Assembly (NCBI GenBank): GCA_043228905.1
Contig: JBHGNT010000014.1
Span: 9,238,001-9,302,000 of the forward strand
From: Azolla caroliniana
Lineage: Eukaryota > Plantae > Polypodiophyta
Direction of reading: 5' to 3'
DNA length: 64,000 nucleotides
Shown piece after piece: positions 23,052 to 34,907 of the stretch. The position numbers and the translations under genes were made by a program. How positions within the stretch are numbered: position 1 is the first letter of the stretch; every line of letters begins with the position of its first letter. The notes under the pieces were generated by a model that searched no databases, was not told the origin of the DNA, and saw nothing but the letters and a program-made list of their open reading frames with translations.

Positions 23052-26000
23052 AGCGGACTGTTGCGGAGTGGGGAAGTGATAGTCCGAGAAGCCCTGATAC
23101 CCCACACAGGAAGAAAACTCTCGGAGCAAAACAAGTACGAATCGGCCCGGATGGGGCATCTACATACACGGCCGTAACCGGAGGAATGAAGAAACAATAC
23201 CGACAAGTGGAGGATAAGTTACGGTCGGCATCAATAATAAAAGAAGACGAAGAAATCGTGGGAGTGATCGAGGAAGTGTTCTATGGGAATACACTACAAC
23301 GGCTTGAAGAGCTTGTGGAAGATAAAAGCCAAGGGAACCGGGTAGTCCCGGTGGAATCGGTCGAGATGTACGAGATCGTTGCAAAAATGGGGCCGGATGC
23401 GCTCCGCAAAGAAGAAGCAATGGTAAGTACGAAATACAAGACCGTGGAGAAGAAGGTGAAACCGGCCGCGGGACCATTACCCGCTGATAGCGAACAAAAG
23501 AGGAAAGAAGTCTCGGGAGATCCGACACTTCGGAAGACCGTGGATATCGGACATGCCTTCACAGATGAGACCCGGAAGAAACTTCGGATCGGTGGAGGTG
23601 GGTTCCTCTTACAAGAAGAAGAAAAACGGTTTCGAGAGATGTTGGAACAACATGGCAAAGCATTCGCGTTCACATCGAGGGAGATCGGATGCATTGATCC
23701 AAAGATAGTGGAGCCGATGGTGATTTTCACGATTGATCATGTACCGTGGAACCTGAAGCCGATTCCGGTGCCACGGGCGCATATTCCGAAAGTCATCGAC
23801 TTACTCAAGGAGAAGGTGGCGATGGGGATTCTAGAGCCATCAAGTGATCCGTACTCAAATCGATGGTTTACGGTTCCGAAGAAGAATGGGTCACTCCGAT
23901 TCATCCAAGACTTGCAACCGGTGAACAAGGTCACGATCCGGAACTCGGGAGTCGGTCCGATAGTGGACGAATTCGCGGAAGCTTTTGCCGGACGTGCGAT
24001 ATACTCCATCGGGGACCTATACTCGGGGTATGACCAATTCCAACTAGCCGTGGAGAGCCGAGACATCACTACCATGCGGACACCGATAGGACTAGTTCGA
24101 ATGTGTACACTACCACAAGGAGCGACAAACTCGGTTGCACATATGATGAACGCGATGAACAAGGTGCTTCGAGATGGCATCCCGGAGATAACGATGCCGT
24201 TTCTAGATGACATTCCGATGAAAGGATGCGCGGTGGAAGAAAAAGATGAGACTATGGATGATCGGGGATGCCGAAAGTTCGTGGTCGACCATATTCATGA
24301 TTGCGAGAAAGTGTTGCGAAAGCTAGAAGATGTGCACCTAACACTTTCCGGGGAGAAATCGGCATTCGGGCAAGAAGAAATATTGGTGGTCGGACATCTA
24401 TGTGGACCCTACGGCCGAAGACCGTCACCAACAAAGATCGATGCGATTCAAGCTAAGAAGGAAGTATGTGAGTCAACGTCGGAAGTCCGAAGGTTTCTGG
24501 GTGCGTGTGCATTCTATCACATATGGATTCCGCACTATGCACATATAGCGGACCCGCTCTATCACTTGTTGCGGAAAGGTAAGAAATTCGAGTGGAAACC
24601 GGAACACACTAAAGCCATGAGGAAGCTCAAGAAGACACTATGGAGGGCGGAATCACTTAAGAAGCCAAGCTACGAGCGGCCAATCATAGTAACGGTTGAT
24701 ACAAGTCCAACCGGTATCGGGTGGGTCATCAATCAAGCCGACTCGGATGGTTCGCGGTATCCGATCCGATTTGGAGCAAAGGTCCTCAACGAAAGGCAAC
24801 GCGGATATGCACAAGTCAAAAGAGAATTGTGGGGAGTCGTGTCGGCGATAAAATCGGATCGGGATTATTTGATCGGAGCTGAAGTGGTGATCGAGACGGA
24901 TTGTCTTCCGATACTCGGGATGATGCGGTGTTGTACGATACCGGATGTGGCTATGCTAAGGTGGATTGCATATGTCAAGTCACTTAATCCGGAGGTTCGA
25001 CACATCTCGGGGAAGGACAACGCGGTAGCGGACATGTTATCGAGGGCGCGGTTTGAAGACGACATAACCGAATCAGATAATGAAGAAGTTTCCGAAGACT
25101 ACTTCACGTCGGAACACATATGCCGAGTGAACGTGATCCGAGAATTCCGGGAAGAAGAATACGAGGGGGAAACCTTGATGATCGGGAAGATGCTACAAGA
25201 GGTCGAGGATTCAACCAATGACAAAGAAAGGAGAGCCGAGATCCGAAGGAAGAAGAGGCAAGTCCAAAAGTTCTTCTTGGAAAACGGTTTAATATGGAGG
25301 ACGCCGAAAAGACCGGATGGGATACCACTTCGAGTAGTCGGGACGAAAGAGCAACGAAACCGGATAATGTCCGAGTTCCACGAATCCGATTGGGCTGAAC
25401 ATCGAGGAACATGGGCAACTTTTGTGAAAATCAAGCAAAGATATTGGTGGAAGAACATGTATAAAGATGTCGCGGAGTTCACAGAAAGCTGCGAGAAATG
25501 TCAAGTCTACTCCGGGGTCCGACACCGAGATGAGCTGCATCCGACATTCTCACCGACAATCAACTTCAAGTGGATGGTCGACATTGTAGCTATGCCGACC
25601 GGGATTGGACAAAAGAAATACTTGGTGTTAGCTCGAGAAGATCTCACAAACCAAGTTGAAGGTCGAGCGCTTCGGAGGAAAACGTGTGCCGCGGTGTGCC
25701 AATTTCTTTTGGAAGAAGTGTTTTGTAGGTACGGCTGCGTAGGACAAGTGATTGCGGACCGGGGAGAACTCGACTCGGACAAAGCTAGGGGATTCTTCGC
25801 CAAACATGGAGTTCGGTTAACGTTGACAACGGCCTACAATCCGGAGGCCAACGGGAAGATCGAACGAGGACATAATCCGATCGTGAAAGCACTTGCGAAG
25901 GCATGCGACGGAAGGGTGAAGGATTGGCCACAAATGCTTCCGTATGCACTATGGGCGGATCGGACGACGCATAGCTCCGTGACCGGTTACATGCCGGCAG

Positions 26001-26652
26001 AACTCATGACCGGACAAGCACCGGTAATGCCAACGGAAACCGCAATCGCAACATGGACAATACTACCGTGGAAGGAAGAGATGAGCCGGGAAGAACTACT
26101 AGCGGTCCGGATACGACAACTGGAGGGAAGACCGAAAGATGTAGCGGAAGCGTCACGCCGACAACAAGAAGCACGGTTCCGGAACAAAAGCCGGTTCGAC
26201 ACAAAGCACCGACTACGACCGAGGAGGATTGAAGAAGGAGATTGGGTGATCGTCTATGATAGTAGCTTGGACCATCAACATACAACGATGCGGAAATTTG
26301 CGAAAAGGTGGTTCGGGCCGTACGAGGTTCGAAGGTCTTCGACAACGGGACGTACCGACTGTCCGAGTTGGATGGAACAATACTACGAGTGCCTATAGCC
26401 GGGAAGCGGGTGAAGATCTTCAAGAAGCGGACCGACGACAAACCTTATGTGATCCAAGTCGAGGCCGACAACGAGGAGCAATCGGACGAAGACCACAATG
26501 ATGCGGGAAGCGAAGAAAGTGGATTACAACTCATAGTCGACATAAGGGGAGAATCGGAGGAAGCTTCGGATGAAGACGGATACGAAGAATCAAGAACTTC
26601 GGCACATACCGGAGGATGTGCGGGTTTGGAGGGGGCGAGTGTCGTAGTGTAA
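23042..26652 (+). CDS. pol: Pol of element B (RT, RNase H, integrase), in the -1 frame, with a 1-nt deletion near 26330 in the integrase C-terminus
   Basis: 1070-aa ORF 23186-26398 is open back to 23042. WFGPYEVR continues in another frame (26308-26652), and alignment with A shows one base missing. Confidence 0.92.
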
Positions 26653-29600
26653 GTTGCACACTATGTGGAAATTATATTTTTGTCCCTCCGGATAGAGAAT
26701 GGAGTGCTCGGTGAGAACCGGAAGAAAACGGCATACCGACAAGGAGGAAAACGGCATACCGGCAAGGAAGAAAACGGCATACCGGCAAAGAAGAGACATA
26801 AATGTAAAAAAAAAAGGAAATACTCACTACTGCGCAGGGCGTGATTCGAACTTTGCACCTCCACGTTGACAAACCCCAACCTTACCATTACATTAAATTA
26901 TCTTAAGTGTTTTAAATATAGATTTAATATGTATAAGACCTTTATTTATGCATACCTTTATTAAAAGGTAAATCGTGTATTTTTTTAATATATGAAAAAG
27001 AAAAAACACGAGACACTAAAAATAACTCATGCACATCTAGCGTGCATGAGCCCTATACTTAGGAAATAAAAAAGCATCACATGCACATTTAGTGTGCATG
27101 AACATATGAGAAAAAGCATGTAGCTATGCTTAGTCTCTCCCATCACTATATAAGGATGGGGAGCACATTGTAGTTGTTGTTGATTTTTTTTGGATTAAGA
27201 ATTAATCAATACAAAAATTATTCGTGGGATTCACGATTTATACATCTACTTCTCTCTTGACACCCTAAGTACCAATTAATATAGTATACTCGTGTGATTC
27301 ACGAGTTTCTTATCTTTCTCTTGCTATTTACTCATAATTAATCTCTATCTCACGAACTTCTTTCTCCTAGTCCAAGACCTCTGTGGTTCCCACCCGACTC
27401 ACGCAACGATCCGGAGCCGAAAGGCACGACAACGTAATCCGAGAATTTCGGGAAGAAGAATATGAGGGAGAAAGTTTGATGATCGGAAAGATGTTACAAG
27501 AGGCCGAGGACTCGACAAACGATAAAGGAAGAAGAGCCGAGATCCGAAGGAAGAAGAGGCAAGTCCAAAAGTTCTTCTTGGAAAACGGATTAATATGGAG
27601 GGCGCCGAAAAGACCGGATGGTATACCACTTCGAGTAGTCGGGACAAAAGAGCAACGAAACCGGATAATGTCCGAGTTTCATGAATCCGATTGGGCTGGA
27701 CACCGAGGAACATGGGCAACATTTGTGAAGATCAAACAAAAATATTGGTGGAAGAAAATGTACAAAGATATCGCGGAGTTTACGGAAAGCTGCGAGAAAT
27801 GTCAAGTCTACTCCGGGGTTCGACATCGAGATGAGTTACATCTGACATTCTCACCGACAATCAACTTCAAGTGGATGGTCGACATAGTGGCCATGCCGAC
27901 CGGGATCGGACAAAAGAAATACTTGGTATTAGCTCAGGAAGATCTCACGAATCAAGTAGAAGGTCGAGCGCTTCAGAGGAAAACGTGTTCCGCGGTATGC
28001 CAATTTCTTTTGGAGGAAGTATTTTGCAGGTACGGGTGCGTAGGACAAGTGATTGCAGACCGGGGAGAACTCGACTCGGACAAAGCTAGGGGATTCTTCG
28101 CCAAACACGGAGTTCGGTTATCGCTGACAACGGCATACAATCCGGAGGCCAACGGGAAAATTGAACGAGGACATAGTCCGATCGTAAAAGCACTTGCGAA
28201 GGCATGCGATGGAAAGGTGAAGGACTGGCCGTAGATGCTTCCGTATGCACTATGGGCGGATCGGATGACGCATAGCTCCATAACCGGTTACATGCCGGCA
28301 GAACTCATGACCAGACAAGCACCGGTAATGCCGACGGAAACCGCGATCGCAACATGGACAGTGCTACCGTGGAAGGAAGAGATGAGCCGGGAAGAACTAC
28401 TAGCGGTCCGGATACGACAACTAGAGGGAAGACCGGCAGACATAGCGGAAGCAATACGCCAACAACAAGAAGCATGATTAAGGAACAAAAGCCGGTTCGA
28501 CACAAAGCACCGACTACGACCGAGGAGGATTGAAGAAGGAGACTGGGTGATCGTCTATGACAGTAGTTTGGACCATCAACATACAACGATGCGGAAATTC
28601 GCGAAAAGGTGGTTCGGGCCATACGAGGTTCGGAAAGTCTTCGACAACGGAACGTACCGACTGTCCGAGTTGGATGGAACAATACTACGAGTGCCTATAG
28701 CCGGGAAGCGGGTGAAGATTTTCAAGAAGCTGACCGACGACAAACCCTATGTGATCCAAGCCAAGGCCGACTACGAGGAGCAATCAGACGAAGACCACGG
28801 GGATGCGGGAAGCGAAGAACGTGAATTACAACTCATAGTCGACATAAGGGGAGAATCGGAGGAAGCTTTGGGTGAAGACGGATATGGGGAATCGAGAACT
28901 TTGGCACATACCGGAGGATGTGCGGGTTCGGAGGGGGCGAGTGTCGTAGTGTATTCCACACACTACGTGAAAACCATAAAATAATATATCCGAATTTAGA
29001 TACATATAAATAAATAAATAATATATCAAAAGAATTTATCACGTGCATAGGGTAGGATCCGAACCATGCACCTCCTCGTAGATAAACCCCAACTTTACCA
29101 TTGTAATAACTTATCTTTAGTGTTATAAATATAGATTTAATACATATAAGACCTTTATTTACACATACCTTTATTAAAAGGTAAAAATCATGTATTCTTT
29201 AGAGTGTGAATATTTTATTTACACGTGACATTAAAAGTGACTCATGCACATCTAGCGTGCACAAGCCCTATATTTAGGAAATGACAAAACATCACATGCA
29301 CATTTAGTGTGCATGGGCACTTTAGGTGAAAAAGCATGAAGCCATGCTTAGCCTCTTCCATCTTTATATAAGGAGGAGAAAAATATGTATATGGTTGTTG
29401 ATTAATATACAAGGTTGGATCAATCTAATATATTCGTGGGATTCACGAATTTTGCCATCTAATTGCTCTTATAATCTAAATATTGTTTTAATTACACTAA
29501 ACTCGTGGGATTCACGAGATTGCTATCTTACTTCTCTTTCCACTATTCATATCTAGCCTTAAGTTGTATTCCTCTTCCTCCTAGTCAAAAACCTCGGCGG

Positions 29601-30777
29601 TTCCCACCCGACTCACGCAACGATCCGGAGCCGAAGGGCACGACAACGTGCTCTTGATCGACGACTTCTCTAGGCACACTTGGATCTACCCGATGCGGCA
29701 AAGGAGCGAAGTGTTTGGACACTTCCAAAATTTCAAGAATGAAGTCGAGAAAGCCACGGGTTGACATGTACGATGTCTTCGATTGGATGGCGGCAAGGAG
29801 TACTTCTCGAACGATTTCACGGCGTATCTCCGAAATGAAGGAATTCGGCGAGAATTCACTTGCTGACACCCTCCGCAACAAAATGGAGTAGCCAAGCGCA
29901 AAAATTGGCACATCCTTGAAGTAGCACGGGCCATGATGAACGAGAAGCATATGCCCAAGTCATATTGGGCCGAAGCTGCAAATACGGTTGTCTACCTAAT
30001 GAACCGGTGCACAACATCCGGCGTGCACGAGGTCACTCCGCACGAAAAATACTTCGAAAAGAAGCCGGACTTATCGCACATCCGCAGATTCGGAGCGATA
30101 GCGTACCTGCACATCCCTGACGAGAAGCGTCAAAAGCTTGACCCGAAGTTGGAGAAATGTATCCTCGTAGGATACTCATTGGAGCTTGACCCGAACTTAA
30201 CTTTTAATAAGGCTTGTATGGTGATGATAGAATGGTTAAGGATAGTAAGAAGAAGAGTTACAAGTAATGTGTGTGTGTGTGTGAGAGAGAGAGAGACAAG
30301 CATAGATAAAAGATAGAGACAATGTATGATTCAAGAAAGAAGATTGAGACAAAGTATGATTCAAGGAACAAGAGTATATGATATAAACATGATGTATATA
30401 TTAAAAATATAATATTTTACCAACTTTACAATCCTTGACCGCAAGATGAATCTTTTCAATATCGACCCTTGATTTGAACCCACGACTTCCACTTTGAAAC
30501 GCAAGGCTCTTCACCGAATAAGATATCTTCAATACTTGCTTAGATTCTTTTCTCCCACTTTCTCTTTTTGATTCCTCTCCTTGTTTTCCCTTTCCCCTCT
30601 TTATATAAGTGTTGCCATGCATATGGTAATGTATGGGAGCAGGGCATGCATGCAATGCATGAGTTACATGTAATGCATGATCGCCATTTGGCGCACAGGC
30701 ATTGCATGTGATGAATGATGGCTATGTATGAAAATAGATATGAGATAATTATAATGATGAAAATGCATTCTAAAATA

Positions 30778-31012
30778 ACTAACCTAGCTTAGTGGTGTAT
30801 GCTTGGTGCTTGGTATACAAGGTTGAGGGTTCAAGTCCCTCAATTTTACTTAATATAATATATAGCTTCATTCTTATATCATGAAGCACATTTATTACAC
30901 ACTTTTACAAATAAATAGCCTAGCCTAGTGGTATGTACATTGTACATCGTATATAAGGATGTGGGTTCAAGTCTCTCAAATATTATTAAATACAACATTT
31001 AAGCTCATTTTT
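30778..31012 (+). promoter_or_regulatory. Two tandem tRNA-like Pol III modules in U3 of LTR C
   Basis: TAGCTTAGTGG (30785) / GGTTCAAGTCC (30828), with a perfect T-arm and TTTT; TAGCCTAGTGG (30921) / GGTTCAAGTCT (30964). Confidence 0.75.
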
Positions 31013-34000
31013 ATATCGTGAAGCACATTCTTCACGACACCCACCCCCTCTGAACTTGCACATTGGTTGTGTAGAGTTCATCCAACACTTCTTCCGATTC
31101 TTTTAGTTCTTCTACTTCTTCATAAAATTCAGGCTCTAATGACTCCCTCCTTTTAAATATTTTAATCCTTTTTCCTGCAATTGGGATACGAATTTCTGTC
31201 CCATCTAATTCATTGAGGAAATATGTGGCTTTATCTGTTATTTTCCTAACTTCATAAGGTCCAAACCATCTTTTTGCAAACTTCCGAATAGTACTGTATT
31301 GATTATCTAGGCTATTATCATATACTAATACCCAATCTCCCTCTTGCACCTTTCTTGGTCGTATTCTTTTCATCTTGTCAAATCTGTCCTTATTCTTGAT
31401 TCTTGCCTCTTTCAATCTAGTAGCTGCTTTTTCTATGTCTTCTATCCTTGATTGAAGTTGTTGTATTCGAACTGCAAGTAAATCTTCCCTACTCATTTCC
31501 GATTCCCAAGGCAACACAACCCATGTAGTTATCTTTTCTTCAATTGGTATTATTGGCTTCTGTCCTGTGATTAATTCTGCAGGCATATATCCAGTAACAG
31601 TGCCTTAGCCAAAGCTTTGACTATTGGCCCATGTCCCCTTTCTACCTTTCCATTAACTTCTGGATTGTACGCCGTTGTCAAAGAAAGCCGAATTCCTATT
31701 TTGTCGAAAAAATCTTGAGCTTCCGTAGAATTGAGTTCTCCCCTATCTGCCACTATCTTCCCGATACATCCATATCTACAAACAATGTCCTCCAAGATGA
31801 ATTGACATACTCCTAATGTCCCTTTTGTTCGCAATGAACGACCTTCCACTTGAGTATGTTGGGTGTAATTCATCACAAAATTTTACATTTGAATAATATT
31901 GACAAGTGGGACAAGTTCCCACATACTTTTTTATTTGCTCATAGTATCGAGGCCACCAAAATCGTTCTTTAATCTTACTGAAAGTGGCCCACACTCCTCG
32001 ATGACCAGCCCATTCTTTGTCATGCAGCTCTCTGATTATCTCCTTTCTTTGCCCTTCAGAACCTATTACTCTTTGCGGGTTTCCATTCTTGGTTTTCGGA
32101 TGTCGCCATAGATATCCTTCATGCAGGAAGAACTTATGGGCTTTCTTGCGAAACTGTGCGAACTCTTTTCCAGATCGACCTTTGTACTTGTCAGGGGTTT
32201 GTAGGTATTTCCCTATTTCCTTGAATTCTTCTTCATACTCTTCTTCTAGAAACTGCATTCCTCCTTCCCGAGTAATGCTTGTGGTAAGGACTGTTTGTTC
32301 TTTGTCCTCATCGTCCGAGTCTGGAATCTCCTCTTCCTCATACCTTGCTCTTGATAACATATCTGCTACTGCATTTCTATTCCCAGAGATATGTCTAACT
32401 TCAGGGTTGATTGATCTAATATAGATACACCATCTTAACATGGCTTGATCTGGAATATCACAATTAGCTATGATACCCAGAATAGGCAAACAATCTGTTT
32501 CTATTATTACTTCAGCACCAATTAAGTAATCTCTGTCTGACTTTACTGCTGTTACTATCCCCCATAGCTCTCTTTACACCTGTGCATATTTTCTTTGTCG
32601 ACCACTAAGAACCTTTGCCCCGAATCGGACTGGATACCTTTCTTCCCTATCTTGTTGGCTTATCACCCATCCAATTCCAATGGGACTAGAGTCTACTGTG
32701 AGATATATGGGCCGGGTGTAGTCTGGTTGCTTTAATGGTGGAGCTTGTGCCAAGTAGTACTTCAATTTCTTCATTGCCTCTGAATGCTCTTCACTCCATT
32801 CAAATGTCTCTCCTTTTCTTAGGAGTCTATATAAAGGTTCAGATAAATGGGCATAATGCGGAATCCATTTACAGTAAAAAACACATACCCCCAGAAACCT
32901 TCGTACTTCTGAGATGGATGTACATTCCTCTTGCATATTTTGAATTGCATTGACCTTGGTTGGGGATGGCTTTCTCCCATACGGGCCACACATATGACCA
33001 ACTATTAATATCTCTTTTGCCCCAAATATTGACTTCGCCCCTGATAAGGTCAAATGCACTTCTTCCATCCTTGATAGCACCTTCTCACAATCCTTGATAT
33101 GATCAGCAACGAATTGACGGCAACCACTTTCGTCCAATTCCTCGTTCTTCTCTTCCTCCTTGCATCCCTTAATTGGAACATCATCTAGAAAAGGCATTGT
33201 AATATGAGGAATAAAGTCACGAAGTACCTTGTTCATTCCATTCATCATATGCGCCACTGAGTTGGTCGCTCCTTGCGGCAAGATGCACATCCGTACTAAC
33301 CCTATAGGTGTCTTGATAGAAGTTATATCTCGACTTTTGATAGCAAGTTGAAATTGATCATACCCGGAATAAAGGTCTCCCATTGAATATATAGCTCTTC
33401 CTGCAAACATCTCAGCAAACTCATCCACAATTGGCCCTACTCCCGAGTTTCGGATTGTTACCTTATTCACGGGTTGCATATCTTGGATAAATCGGAGTCG
33501 CCCATCTTTCTTTAACACAGGGAACCATCGACTCGAGTAAGGAGCGTTCGATGGTTCCAAGATACCCATCCTTATCTTTTCTTTCAAAAGTTCTAATAGT
33601 TGAGGGATTCTAGCCCTAGGCATGGGTATTGGCTTAAAGTTCCATGGAATATGAGGGATAGTGAATATAACCATGGGCTCCACAATTTCTTGATCCACAC
33701 ACCCTATTTCCTTCGGTTAGAATGCGAACGCCTTTCCATGCCTTTTTAACATCTCCCTGAACTGCTTTTCTTCAGCGGGTAATAGGAAGTCACCCCCTCC
33801 TATTTTCATCCCTTGTATTGTTTCCGGAGTAAACACATGTCCTACCTTTCGTGGGTCTCTGATCATTGGCTCTGTGGCTGCTTCTTTGATTGCCTTTTCA
33901 CTATCCCCTGGAAGTGGAGCAGCAATAGGACGAACCTTCTTCTCCACTGTCTTGTACTTTGTTAGTACATGTGCTTCATGATCCTTTCGAGCAACTTCTT

Positions 34001-34907
34001 CAATGACCTCATACATCTTGATTGAATGGACAGGAACTTGGATTTCGTTGTCTTCTTCCATTGCTTCCAAATGAGTTATTGTATCTTCAAACCTTAATTC
34101 TTCAAACATATCCTGAATTTCTTCATCATCATCTATTAATCCAGAACACTTAAAGTACTCGAAAGCATTTTGTATTTTATTATTATTTACTTTTAGTATA
34201 AAAGTAGCACCATTAGATGAGATTGTACAAGGAATATCTTTATTTACATTATTATTTATGGGGTTTTCTTTTATGCTCGGGCTATCACAGCCCCTACCTG
34301 TAAAAGCCCTATCTAAAAATCCTGGGAAAACTCTTCATCCATCTCTTGAATTGGATGTTCCCTCAAGCATTCTTTGTTTCTTTCATGGTTGGGCCTCACG
34401 GTTAAGAATTGGACAGTCTTTCTTCCATCTTGACTCTTGATTCTCGCGAAAGCCGAACCATCATCAATAACCTTTGCTTCCATCCTCACTGCGGTGATGT
34501 AGGGCTGGCCAAGGATGACGGGGTAGGTTGATCGATCCTGCACAAAGAAATTTTGATTCACCGAGACATCACCAATTGTTACCTTCACACTAGGACATGC
34601 TCCGAATAGATCCTCCGTAGTTTCTGTGGCAGCTCTTATTTTCCACCCATGATTCTTGTCGATCGGCCATCGTCCTCGAGCGTAAAATTCCGATGACATC
34701 ATGTTAATCTCTGATCCATGATCGATCAAAGCAATACATGGAATTTGCTGCTCCCCAATTTTTGCAGGTGCCTCCGTTGTTGCTCGAGCCCAATGGTCCC
34801 TTGTATAATGACTCCTATCCCCTTCATGGACACCAACATCATTCTGGTTTTTTACACTTGCAGCATTGATGGTGCCACCATACAAATCTTGGAGTGTTGC
34901 TGCACAC

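Larger units (their letters stand above)
20182..27431 (+). mobile_element. Phygy-like Gypsy element B, near intact, nested in A
   Basis: 792-bp LTRs at 20182-20973 and 26640-27431 (2 visible differences). TSD ACGT (20178-20181 / 27432-27435). PBS-Trp from 20978. Confidence 0.96.
18089..28941 (+). pseudogene. pol: Pol of element A: RT/RNase H at 18089-20181, integrase at 27432-28941; in-frame stops; split by element B
   Basis: LPQGATNS, FLDD, VDTSP. CRVNV|IREF is restored across the TSD of element B. Stops at ~18416, ~28232 and ~28475. Confidence 0.92.
15317..29645 (+). mobile_element. Phygy-like non-chromovirus Gypsy element A (contains element B)
   Basis: 704-bp LTRs at 15317-16020 and 28942-29645 (TGTCGT...ACGACA, about 6 visible differences). 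4-bp TSD ACGT. PBS-Trp 16025-16042. PPT GGAGGGGGCGAG. Confidence 0.95.

Noticed and set aside
18376-26441. Long antisense ORFs opposite pol (e.g. 18376-19155, 23281-23730, 23737-24213)
   Set aside because: They are codon-bias shadows of pol, and their boundaries are not conserved between A and B.
15317-29645. Tandem array of elements sharing LTRs
   Set aside because: The four LTRs pair as A..A and B..B. B has its own ACGT TSD and splits the pol of A, so this is nesting.
30778-30980. Functional tRNA genes in the LTRs
   Set aside because: Acceptor and anticodon stems do not pair; only the promoter boxes, their spacing and sometimes the T-arm are kept.
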